Origin: Callorhinchus milii
Taxonomy: Eukaryota
Direction of reading: 5' to 3'
Assembly: GCF_018977255.1 (NCBI RefSeq)
Contig: NW_024704798.1
Span: 248,001 to 312,000 of the forward strand
Length of the DNA: 64,000 bases
Shown: one piece after another, positions 43,301-53,545 of the stretch
Layout: every line of letters starts with the position of its first letter
Numbering within the stretch: the stretch's first letter is position 1
The notes under the pieces: model-generated
Told to the model about the DNA's origin: nothing
The model's database searches: none
The model's input: only the letters and a program-made list of their open reading frames with translations
Position numbers and translations under genes: made by a program

Positions 43301-43325
43301 AGATCCTGAGCTCTGCAACGTCTGA
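32561..43325 (+). CDS. WC1/CD163L1/SCART-like group B scavenger receptor gene: 7 SRCR + hinge + TM + 4 cytoplasmic exons; premature stop in SRCR5
   Basis: 13 exons with canonical ag/gt boundaries, all phase 1, splicing in frame to a terminal TGA at 43323-43325. Confidence 0.93.
34026..34368 (+). mobile_element. Full-length SINE in the SRCR1-SRCR2 intron
   Basis: tRNA head, Deu-like core, long (ATT)n tail. Confidence 0.9.
34423..34737 (+). CDS. SRCR domain 2 exon
   Basis: HYPPKLIGGSNACSGRVQL…[23 protein letters not shown]…FNCVGDESRVSDC…VVCS; 315 nt, phase 1-1. Confidence 0.96.
35509..35823 (+). CDS. SRCR domain 3 exon (terminal Cys replaced by Arg)
   Basis: [23 protein letters not shown]…VICRQLNCG…VGVLRS; CGT at 35817-35819. 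Confidence 0.96.
36143..36454 (+). CDS. SRCR domain 4 exon
   Basis: MKLRLVDGGSSCSGTVEVY…WDLSDANVVCRQMGCG…VRCQGNE…VGVQCS; 312 nt. Confidence 0.96.
36991..37305 (+). CDS. SRCR domain 5 exon with in-frame TAG at 37233-37235
   Basis: [30 protein letters not shown]…KESAL*ECPSSPWGQHDCDHKEDVSIVCT; the stop sits at the conserved Trp. Confidence 0.95.
37870..38184 (+). CDS. SRCR domain 6 exon
   Basis: [30 protein letters not shown]…HDCDHTDDLRVICS; 315 nt. Confidence 0.96.
38823..39134 (+). CDS. SRCR domain 7 exon
   Basis: [30 protein letters not shown]…DCVHKEDAGVVCS; 312 nt. Confidence 0.96.
39276..39314 (+). CDS. Pro-rich hinge mini-exon (GKPPRPPIPTASF)
   Basis: tttgcag| acceptor, 39 nt, then |gtaaat; in frame. 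Confidence 0.8.
39721..39828 (+). CDS. Transmembrane exon (…IPFVVCIVLGILLAVVLFALIVQMDSNSSGR)
   Basis: Hydrophobic ~23 aa; 108 nt; g|gtgaga donor. Confidence 0.92.
40446..40541 (+). CDS. Cytoplasmic exon 1 (EEKYPSVRWCQAVYEEIEERPIRSRKFESGSS)
   Basis: aacag| acceptor, 96 nt, g|gtacat; AVYEEI motif. Confidence 0.85.
41212..41316 (+). CDS. Cytoplasmic exon 2 (GSNDSISKLEYYTGESVNGSDAEQGNAEVFLPNGD)
   Basis: tttcag| acceptor, 105 nt, g|gtgagt. Confidence 0.85.
41770..41930 (+). mobile_element. CR1 LINE 3' end fragment
   Basis: gggctgtggggagagcgcggaggagttggagt…gaactgaatggcctccttctctgctgta resembles the chondrichthyan CR1 3' terminus. Confidence 0.6.
41994..42134 (+). CDS. Cytoplasmic exon 3 (DHLQEDYDDAEGG…EASLCQ)
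   Basis: ttaacag| acceptor, 141 nt, g|gtaaga; EDYDDAE motif. Confidence 0.9.
42840..43120 (+). repeat. AC/ACAG-rich simple repeat
   Basis: Degenerate (acacagac)n. Confidence 0.85.
43168..43325 (+). CDS. Terminal cytoplasmic exon (EGGHHTDSDPLFPVDTSQCGYDYDYIDCENDTEK…ELCNV*)
   Basis: ctctgcag| acceptor, in-frame TGA; YDYI motif. Confidence 0.85.
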
Positions 43326-43336
43326 TCCCAACATTT

Positions 43337-43660
43337 GTGGAGTCCTGTAGCTCAGTGGTTAGAGCACTCGCTTTGCAAGTGAGAGACCTGAGTTCAATTC
43401 CAGGCAGGGCGAAACCTTGGGCAAGTTTCCTTACTCCACACGCCTAATAATAATCCCTCCAAAACAAAAACAATAATAAATTGGTCATTTTCAATCTACG
43501 ACTGTTTGTGGGACATTGCTGTGCGCAATTGGCTGCCGCGTTCGCCCACAAATATACAGTCAATTCACTTTACAGTCTATTCTGTGAAGCGCTTTGGGAC
43601 GTCCTCCCGACGTGAAAAGCGCTATATCAAATGCAAGGATTATTATTATTATTATTATTA
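43337..43660 (+). mobile_element. Full-length SINE inserted 11 bp after the stop codon (3' UTR)
   Basis: tRNA head, core and (ATT)n tail. Confidence 0.92.
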
Positions 43661-45270
43661 ACATCCCCATCAAACAGGTGAGTTGAGGTCTTCGTGATTT
43701 ACAGCATCATATCAATGATTGATATGATCGTCCTGGTGACATGTGTACTAGTAATCACAGTTACAGGTGATTGTAATGGTTAAACAACTTGACCAACACC
43801 GGTCAGTGATTTTAATCATTCACAATCCTGACTTGAGGCTGATATTAGACAGAATGGCAGTGATCATGTGCAGCCGTCACACAGGTATTCACGCCAATTG
43901 ATGATGAACTACAACTAAATACTTCTTGTCAACAGCTTCACAGTGAAGTGATCCATGGTTGGATGCGACTAAAACGTTAATTTATATTTACTATTCTGAA
44001 CTGTTGGAAATATTTTCTTTATTTGAATCAGAGATTATTGTTCCTATACTTTACTCGCAGAACTTTTATGTTATTTTCCCGAATCAAAAAATAATTTCAC
44101 ATTCTGCTATTTGAGCGTAAAAAGTACTTCTTCTTTGTAAATGTGGTATCAAATGGCAGAAACATTAACTAAAACAGTTGGAAACAGTCTCTCAAATAGC
44201 AGCCGGTGAACGAAACCCAAGTAACAGCCCCAGAGATTGTCAAAGCCAATGTGCTGTACTTTCGGGTATTATAAATGGATCAGTATTATGTTTTTGATGA
44301 GAATAAACTTATTTCCTTAAAATAATATCTTTTATTGTCTATTTTACAGAGCCATTCAACCGAAATTTCATCACCAATAATTACTGATTGTCTTTAGATA
44401 GAAAATCAGTGGATAAAATGAATATACAGGTTCCACAAACTTACCAACGCAATTAATATGAACCCGTGTCACATCTTTCTGTGATAGCAAGTTTCCATGT
44501 GTGCTCTGTGCAAAACATTCTTCTGTGATTTACAGAATGATTTGTTTGCATTCCAGGGTGAATATAATGCATATTTTAAACATTGCAGTAAACCGATGCC
44601 TTCGCTAGTGCTATCATATTACACAGAAAATGGTTGTATTTTTTATCCTTTTCTAATTTGTTTTGAATTTAGTTTTATGCTTACGATTCTAGACTGCAAC
44701 TGCGCTGACGAATTTTTTTTATTTTCTCGTCCCTTTAAAACATTGATTGTGACAAAATTATTAGATATCTGGACATATTTGTTCAGTTATTTTTGTTGAA
44801 TTATATCAATCATGTTATTTTATTTCCTAAAATGAGTCATTGGTCAGTTGGTTAAAAATAGATCCAGTTTAAGATGAAACTTGTATTGGAACCAGAAAGT
44901 TCTATGTTTATTCTGTAAACCACGGCGAGTATTAGTTTTGGGAATAATGGTAAAAATACATGAGCAAACAAAAGAGAATTGATGTTATGACAGCACCCAC
45001 CATGTGTCACAAGAGTGATATCTGCTCTTAACTGTTTATCTAATTAACAAACAGATTGTAAATGGTGAGTTAAAATCAAATATACTTCAATAAATATCAA
45101 ATGGACATGTAACCGCTCAGTTGTTTGTCATTGTTTTCAAGTGCAGAACACACAAACCACTTACATCTGTCTGTCCCTGACCACAAAAGTTGCAGAAGAA
45201 TTAGCAGATTCGTTACCTGAAATTCGGTGTGATTCTCACGAAATACAACCTGGATCACTGAAGAGGTGTG

Positions 45271-45693
45271 GGGTAGAGGGCAGTGATGTTGGGTAGAGGC
45301 CAGTGATATGGGGTAGAGGCCAGTGATTTGGGATAGAGGGCAGTGATGTGGGGTAGAGGGCAGTGATGAGGGTTAGAGGGTAGTGATGTGGATTAGAGGG
45401 TAGTTATGTGAGTTAGAGGGTAGTGATGTGGGGTGGAGGACAGTGATATGGATTAGAGGGCAAGGATATGGGGTACAGTGCAGTGATGCGGATTAGAGGG
45501 CAGTGATGTGGGGTAGAGGGTAGCGATGTCGGTTAGATGGCAGTGATATGGAGTAGAGGGCAGTGATGTGGGGTAGAGGGCAGTGATGTGGGGTAGAGGG
45601 TAATGATGTGGATTAGAGGGCAGTGATGTGGAGTAGAGGGCAATGATATGGGGTAGAGGGTAATGATGTGGATTAGAGGGCAGTGATGTTGGG
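45271..45693 (+). repeat. 20-bp G-rich minisatellite (gggtagagggcagtgatgtg), ~21 copies
   Basis: Strict 20-bp period visible (45271, 45291, 45311, …). Confidence 0.95.
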
Positions 45694-45729
45694 TTGTCCA
45701 ATCCCGGCTGCTCGAGCGCAGATGGCAAA

Positions 45730-46185
45730 AACTGGCCTGACAGATCACCACCAACTGTGGCTCGTGCATCTCCACAGCTGCAGACTTTCTTTGACGCGTG
45801 CGAAAACGGCCTTCTTCTCCAACATCATCCTGGAAACAAAAAAACAACTCTAAAGGCCTTTTTTTCCACTACCCATTACCTCCTCCGCTCGCTCCCTCAG
45901 GCCTCCACAATCTTCGCATCGAACGCCAAGTGCGAGGAGGTCGTGGACTTCTTTTCAACTATAGTAAATATGTCCGCCTGGCAGCCTCAGACTCCTGCGT
46001 CTTGTCACCCACTAGCACTGCATGTTCGTGCCCCTCAGCCTCCCACCTCTCCCTACATTCAGGGCCGCACCTTTGCTCACCTCCTTCCTCCACCCCCTCG
46101 CTCCGCCTCGGTAATATTTATTGCGAAGCGCTCTGAGACGCCGTCCGGCTTGGACGGCGCTACACAAATCTAAGTTTTTGTTATT
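45730..46185 (+). mobile_element. Internally deleted L2 LINE (ORF2 segment joined to 3' end)
   Basis: Translates across frameshifts to GLTDHHQLWLVHLHSCRLSLTRAKTAFFSNIILE..NNSKGLF.TTHYLL; ends gaagcgctctgagacg…gacggcgctacacaaatctaag. Confidence 0.8.
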
Positions 46186-46208
46186 GATCGTCTTTCAACT
46201 CCACAGTT

Positions 46209-47670
46209 TCTGAGCTCCAATTTCTATGTTCTGCACTGGGTATCCGTGGCCTCCTGAGGCTCTGAGCCAAAATGTCTGTGCCCTGCCCTGTGCATCCGTG
46301 GCCTCCTGAGGCTCTGATCTCCAATATCTGTGTTGTGCCCTGTGTACGTGACTTCCTGAGGCTCTGAGCTCTAATGTCTGTGCTGTGGCCTGGGTACGTG
46401 ACTTTCTGAGGCTCTAAGCTCTAATGTCTGTGCTGTGCCCTGGGTACCCGTGCCCTCCTGAGGCTCTGAGCTCTAATGTCTGTGCTGTGCCCTGGGTACC
46501 CGTGCCCTCCTGAGGCTCTGAGCTCCAATGTCTGTGCTGTGTCCTGGGTACCCGTGGCCTCTTGACGCTCTGAACTCCAATCTATGTGCCCAGCCCTGGG
46601 TACCCGTGGCCACCTGAGGCTCTGAACTCCAATGTATGTGCCCAGACCTGGGTACCCGTGGCCTCCTGAGGCTCTGAACTCCAATGTCTGTGCCGTGACC
46701 TGGGTACACGTGGCCTCCTCGGGTTCTGAGCTCCAATGTCTGTGTTGTGGCAGTGTACCGTGGCCTCCTGAGACTCGAGCTCCAATGTCTGTGCTGTGCC
46801 CTGTGTACCCGCGGCTTCCTGAGGCTCTGAGCTCCAATGTCTGTGCTGTGCCCTGGGTACCCGTGGCTTCCTGAGGCTCTGAGCTCCAATGTCTGTGCCC
46901 TGGGTACCCGTGGCCTAATGACGCTCTGAGCCCCAATGTCTACGCTTGGCCCTGGGTAACCGTGGCCTCCTGAGGCTCTCAACCCCAATGTCTGTGCTGT
47001 GTCCTGCGTACCCGTGGCCTCTTGAGGCTTTCAGCCCCAATGTCTGTACTCTGTCCTGGGTACCCGTGGCCTCCTGAGGTTCTGAGACCCAATCTCTTTG
47101 TCCTGCCCTGGGTACCCGTGGCCTCCTGAGGCTCTGAGCTCCAATGTCTATGCGGTGCCCAGTGTACCCGTGGCCACCTGAGGCTCTGAGCTCCAATGTC
47201 TGTGCTGTGCCAGCGTACCTTGCCTCCTGAGGCTCTGAGCTGCAATGTATGTGCTGTGTCCAGGGTACCCGTCGCCTCTTGAGGCTCTGAGCTCCAATGT
47301 CTGTGCCATGCCCTGGTTACCCGTGGCCTCCTGAGGCTCTGAGCTCCAATGTCTGTGCCCTGCCCTGCGTACCCATGGCCTCCTGAGGCTCTGAGCCCTA
47401 ATGTCTATGCTCTTCCCTGGGTACTCGTGGCCTCCTGAGGCTCTCAGCTTCAATATCTGTGCCCTGCCCTTGGTACTCGTGGCCTCTTGAGGCTCTGATC
47501 TCCAATACCTGTGTCCTGCCCTGGGTACCCGTGGCCTCCTGAGGTTCTGATCTCCAACGTCTCTGCCGTACCCTGGGTACCCATGGCCTCCTGAGGCTCT
47601 GTGCCCTAATGTCTATGCTCTGCCCTGGGTAACCGTGGCCTCCTGAGGCTCTGAGCTTCAATGTCTGTGC
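46209..47670 (-). repeat. 52-bp tandem array (~28 units), plus-strand consensus ~ctctgagctccaatgtctgtgctgtgccctgggtacccgtggcctcctgagg
   Basis: gggtacc recurs at 46442 and 46494 (52-bp period). Both flanks match module B 3770-3890 in reverse. Confidence 0.95.
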
Positions 47671-48160
47671 TACGTTTGGTTGTCTGTTTCAGGGGGAATG
47701 CAGTTTAATATTTTATATAGTTCATTTCAGACTCTCTGAAATAAATTCACTTTAATGTTGTCTCTCCTTTGTGAATCAGAACTAACATCCAGTGGTACAG
47801 GGAAAGGCAAGTGAGATGGACAAAACACGTCTTACATTTAAAGACCTCTCCAACAAATGTCTCTCTTCTGTTTTGCAAACGCTCAACACACACTGATCCC
47901 TCTCTGAGAAGTAAAGAGTGACTATGGCAACTGATATCCGATAACATCTCATCCGGCTGAGTGTTTCCTGCTTGAAATCAAGGCAGAACCACCTCATGTA
48001 ATTAAGTGTAACCATCATTTGATCACACATATTCCAAATGACTTTACTCTGAGCTATAAATTACTAAAGTTCTGTGCTGACTTTTTGTGTTTGAAAGAGT
48101 TACCATTGAAACTGCTGTCAGATTACATCTGAGCTGCTGCTTGTTTTCTGCTTAAGACAA

Positions 48161-48191
<31 letters not shown>

Positions 48192-49662
48192 AGAGACATA
48201 CAGAGAAAAAAAGAGTTGGACTGACTGCGAAAGCTAAAGCGACAGATTATCAAGAGAGTTCACATAAATTTATGTTGTTTGGCACAGGCTGCGCCCTGCA
48301 GTTTCTGGTGCATCGCTGAAGGTTCTGGATGTGGAGCTTGAAATACATTCCGTTCTAATTAATGTATTTACATCTGATGTCCGAACACATTGTAACCTGC
48401 TTTAAGCCCACTGTGTTAGTGTGTATGTGAGAGAGAAAGAGACGGGGATGGCGGTTTGGGGGGATATCATTCATGGGGGGTGGGGGTGAAGTGGTAGGAG
48501 TTTGGGGGACGAGAACTGCTGGAGCAGATTCTGCAGAGGCAGATCATACATAGAGATAAAAACAAAAGATTTTAGTCGACACGGACGACACCACATAATT
48601 TCTGGTGCTTTGCAGGTGGACCTGTGTATGTAGTTGAAGTCAATAGCGGCCAAATTAACATATTAGATCGAGTTATCTCAATGCACTATTACTACAACTA
48701 GAATTATGTCAAATAACGCACATAATGTAGCAGCAAAGAACAAAATATATAGCGCCAAATAGAAAACTTTCGAGCGTTTCTGTGCTACAATTACAGGCCT
48801 CTCAAACACTGTAGATCAAAGCTATGTGAGATTTGAAACTCAGGCGACAATGTGCTCACATGTATGTCGGGTTCACATCCACATATGTTTACCCACCAGA
48901 GCGAACTCATCTGAACAAATATCTGATTGCACATATTAGGCCTATTCTACCGGTTAGTGGCGAATTAACACTAATTCAAATGGTTATAATATTTACTTAA
49001 TTTGGTTTAACATTGCTCTCACATGGCCCTCGATAGTAGCTACAATTAAAATGACTTTTTATTGCAATTTTCCCTCTTCAGACTGGGATGTACTAATATT
49101 TAAACCGAACTACACGAAAAACAACTAGTAAGCAGTGGTGCTCAGACCCATATCATTGTATTCATTACCCTGATCGTTGTCAATGGGTTTACACTATTCG
49201 CCAAAATATTTCTTGCCTTCATTTGTCCGTACAGACAATAACTTTAATTCGAACACCAAGCGAAGGTCAATGCTCTCTGAATAACAATCAAAGTCACTGT
49301 AAAACAGGACTGGTCCACCTATTATCATAATGTTCATTGGATTTGATATAGCACATTATCAAATCTTCGGGACATCACGATGTGCTTCACAGAGTATACT
49401 GTAAAATAATATAGAATATTCTGTAAATATTTAGAAACATTTCGTAAATAAAGCAGGATGTTTGTACTGTTGTGCTTTACCGGCCCAGAACTTTCGTTCG
49501 CTTCGAGTAATAAAGAGTTAACTAAAGAGATCCCCAGACCTGCTATCTTGTCGGCTTTTGACAACATTACAATCAGATAAGAAAGCCTGTCTCCACTCTG
49601 CAGTACCTCGGGTGGCCACAGGGGAGCAGATATTTCCGCACTTCAATATGAAAGATCAGCTG

Positions 49663-50391
49663 TAATAATAATAATAATCCTTGCATTTGATATAGTGCTT
49701 TTCACGTCGGAGGACGTCCCAAAGTGCTTCACAGAACACACTCTAAAGTGAATTGACTGTATATTTGTGGGCGAACGCGGCAGCCAATTGCGCACAGCAA
49801 TGTCCCACAAACAGTCGCGGATTGAGAATGACCGATTTATTATTGTTTTTGGTTTTGGAGGGATTATTATTAGGCTCTGTGTGGAGTAAGGAAAATTGCC
49901 CAAGGTTTCGCCCTCTGCCTGGAATTGAACTCAGGTCTCTCGCTTGCAAAGCGAGTGCTTTAAATACTGAGCTACAGGACTCCACAAATAAGATAAGAAA
50001 GCCTGTCTCCACTCTGCAGTACCTCGGGTACAGGGGAACAGATATTTCCGCACTTCAATATGAAAGATCAGCTGGTAATAATAATAATAATCCTTGCATT
50101 TGATATAGCGCTTTTCACGTCGGCTGGACGTCCCAAAGCGCTTCACAGAACACACTGTAAAGTGAATTGACTGTGTATATTGTGGGCGAACGCGGCAGCC
50201 GATTGCGCACAGTAATGTCCCACAAACAGTCGTGGATTGAAAATGACCAATTTATTATTCTTTTTGGTTTTGGAGGGTTTATTATTAGGCTCTGTGTGGA
50301 GTAAGGAAACTTGCCCAAGGTTTCGCCCTCTGCCTGGAATTGAACTCAGGTCTCTCGCTTGCAAAGAGAGTGCTCTCACCACTGAGCTACA
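49663..50391 (-). mobile_element. Two SINEs (49663-49985, 50076-50391), each preceded by a copy of the same ~85-88-bp flank (49575-49662, 49991-50075)
   Basis: agataagaaagcctgtctccactctgcagtacctcgggt…gaaagatcagctg occurs twice, each abutting a SINE tail. Confidence 0.9.
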
Positions 50392-52329
50392 CTGATAAAC
50401 TGCAAGGTAGGAAACTGGCAGATAATTACGTGCAAATTAATTTAACTGATGTGAAATCTAAAATAATTTTCACTTCGTCAAGGTGAATTGATGCAGATTA
50501 TTAAATTAGAAATTTTGAGGAACACCCTTTAAGATTGTAGATTTAATAATAGCTTTAACAAAATAAGATATTTTTACTTTTGTCAGAAGGGTATGCAAAC
50601 TTTGACGGAACCAATCCACTTTCATAAAATAATTCAAGTCAAAATGCTAAAATACGAAACAAAAACATATAACATTATACAGAGATATGAGTTATGACGT
50701 TACGTGGACAAAATGAAACCATAGCTGAGACAAATTCCTTTTTCCTGATCCGAGAGCAATCCGTAAATATCTGGAACAGGAACATAAAAAGACTGTGGCG
50801 GAAATGGTTGGAGAATGGGATGAAACCGATTGCAACCATTATTGAAGAAAGTCTTTCATACAAGCACGGTTGTCAATAACACCAAAGGGTTGATCATAGC
50901 CACCGGGTGATCAAAGCCTCCATCATATACCAGGCGATCATTGCCACCATTTAGTGGATGATCATAGCTTCGTTCATGCCTTGAAATGCCTCTGCGGTTT
51001 TAGCCCAGACCGACCTGCCCAAACTCCTGACACCCTATGAACTGATCCGATTCTTCCCTTTGCCTTTTCAATGTCCGCTGCCCTGCACTGCCCGTCACGC
51101 CAATGGGCCTTCAGGCTATCTGCCCCCACTCTCTGGTATCACATCCCAGAGACCATTTGCCTCCCCACTCTGTAAGTGACCTTTGTAAAATGATTTACAA
51201 TCATCGACAAATATAGTTTGCCTTCATTTGTCCATATCAGCAATAAGTTCCATTCAAATTTCAAGCGAATATCATTATTAATTGAAATTTTCATCCTGGC
51301 TGTGTAAGTGACGCTCTTTTACGCCTCTGATTTAGAATATTTTGGGTTGAAGTGCAAACAGATTGTTGGAAATGGTCAATGCCATAATGTCCGAATGGTT
51401 TATAATGGTGTATATGTAGGACTGGAAACTGATATTCCCTCGACGGTCACCCAGCTGCAGTGATTGGGAAGAGCTGCCTTGTCAGAATTTCTGAGATTTC
51501 TGAGATGCCCGCTAAGCATATATTGGGCAATTTAATAATAATAGTAATCCTGGCATTTGATATAGCGCTTTTCACGTCTTCTAGACGTCTGAAAGCGCTT
51601 AACGGAATACACTGCAAAGTGAATTTCTGAATGAAACGTTTATCATTATTCTAAGGTACTGTTCCAAAGTTAAAGGAGTTTAACCTTCCTTTTTCCAACC
51701 TCCCACTAAATTTGTCACTCCCTCTACTGCTGTGTGTGGTACATTGCTGCACAAAACATGGTTAGAAAAAGAACACTTTACATTATATCCCGTCCAGCAC
51801 TCTGAGGCACTCTGTGCTGATGTTGTGACCCCCTTAATCGATGAAAAATGGCTATTGAAAGCAGGATCAAATACAATACCCTGCAATGCTACCTTGACGG
51901 CCTTTGAGAACACAACAATCAGACAAGAAAGCCATTCTCCAGCCTGCAATATCTTTGTTGACCACAGAAAGAGAATCTGTCTTTTCCGCCTTCAAGGATC
52001 TGTCCTATCCTAGTTTCACTCGTACCTATTCTAGCATTACTTTTTAAGCCTTTCAAATGGCTCCTTCTGCTGTTTGAAAACACGCACGAGCGGTGCTCTT
52101 CAGAAATTCATCCTTGGCCCTTTTCTCTTCACTGTCTAAAATTCCCCACTGAGCAATATAATACACAGACAGGTGGTGCACCTCCACAAGCTAATGACAC
52201 AAAATTGCCTTCGTCAGCTCCACCGTTGAGTCCACCTGCTGTTTTGACCGAATGATTATCAGCAACTAAGTATTGCAACATCTGGCAGTTTATTTAATGT
52301 ATATTTACCACAAAAAGATTGCTATTGTA

Positions 52330-53545
52330 CAATTGGTTTTGCTTATGCCTGAAACGGGTCTGGTCTCCGTGTACAAAATCAGAGAGAGCTCTCTGTATAT
52401 CAAGACTGGTCTCTTTACAACAGGTCTGTTTCCTGTATAAAAGGCCTGACCTCTTATAGCAGCTCTACCTCTATCTCTATTTTGTTTCAGGTTCCAGCAT
52501 CTGCAGGTATTGTGTTTGGTTCTGGTCTCTGTATAACTTGCCTCGTCCATGTATGTTCTCTGATAGTAGGCCTGGTCTCTGTACAATAAGCCTGGTTGCT
52601 GTAAAAAAAAATCTGTTCTCTGCATAGTTGAGTCCTGTAGCTCAGTTGTTAGAGTACTCGCTTTGCAAGTGATAGACCCGAGTTCAATTCCAAGCAGGGC
52701 ACAACGATGGACAAGTTTCCTTACTCCACACGCCTATTAATAATCCCTCCAAAACCATAAACAATAATAAAATTGGTCATTTTCAATCTACGACTGTTTG
52801 TGGGACATTGCTATGCACAATTAACTGCCGCGTTTGCCCACAAATATACAGTCAATTCACTTTACAGTGTGTTCTGTGAAGCGCTTTGGGATGTCCTCCC
52901 GACGTGAAAAGCGCTATATCAAATGCGAGGATTATCATTATTATGACTATTATTATTATAACAGAATTTTTCTCTGCATGACAGGCCTGGTTACTCTATA
53001 ACTAGCTGATTATCTACACAACAGGCCTGATCTCAGCAAAACAACCCTGGCCTCTGTATAAATTGTCTCTTCCCTGTAAAACCAGCCTCGTCCCTATACA
53101 GCACGCATTTTCTCTGAATCACAAGCTGGGTTAATATGTAACAGGCCTGTTCTTTGTATAACAGACATGGTCGCACTATAACAGGCCTGGTCTCTATATA
53201 ACATGCTAGTCCCTGCTTCAAAGGCCTGGTCTATTTATAACAGGCCTGGGTCTCTGTACAGCAGGTCTGGTCTCTACATAACAGGCCTAGTCTCTGTCTA
53301 ACAGATCTGTTCTCTGTATAGCACGTCCGTTATCTGTATATCAAGCTTGGTTTCGGTTTATCAGGCCTGTTTGTGTATAGCAGGCCGTGTCTCTTATAAC
53401 AGGCCTTGTCTCCGTATTACAAGGTCTAGTTCTGTAGAACACACCTGGCTCTGTATCACAGGCCTTCTGTCTGTATTACAGGCCTGGTCGCTGTATAACA
53501 GGCCTGATCTACATACAACAAGCTTGGTCTCTGTATAGACCTGTT
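52330..53545 (+). repeat. Degenerate ~20-22-bp minisatellite (acaggcctggtctctgtata) interrupted by a full-length SINE at 52630-52959
   Basis: Recurrent aggcctggtctct motif on both sides of the SINE. Confidence 0.8.

Larger units (their letters stand above)
46200..51760 (-). repeat. Older inverted paralog of window 1-3890
   Basis: 51700-51760 reverse-complements to 1-60; 50650-51530 to ~240-1120; 48400-49660 to ~1380-2600; 47680-47830 to ~3630-3790. Visibly more diverged than the tandem copies. Confidence 0.9.

Noticed and set aside
43341-43410. tRNA-Ala(TGC)-like sequence (also in every full-length SINE)
   Set aside because: The acceptor stem is not closed and the sequence always continues into the same core and LINE-like tail; these are SINE heads, not tRNA genes.
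46209-47670. CRISPR-like regular array and the many long ORFs across it
   Set aside because: Units are contiguous with no unique spacers, and the DNA is eukaryotic; the ORFs are by-products of a stop-poor repeat with shifting frames.
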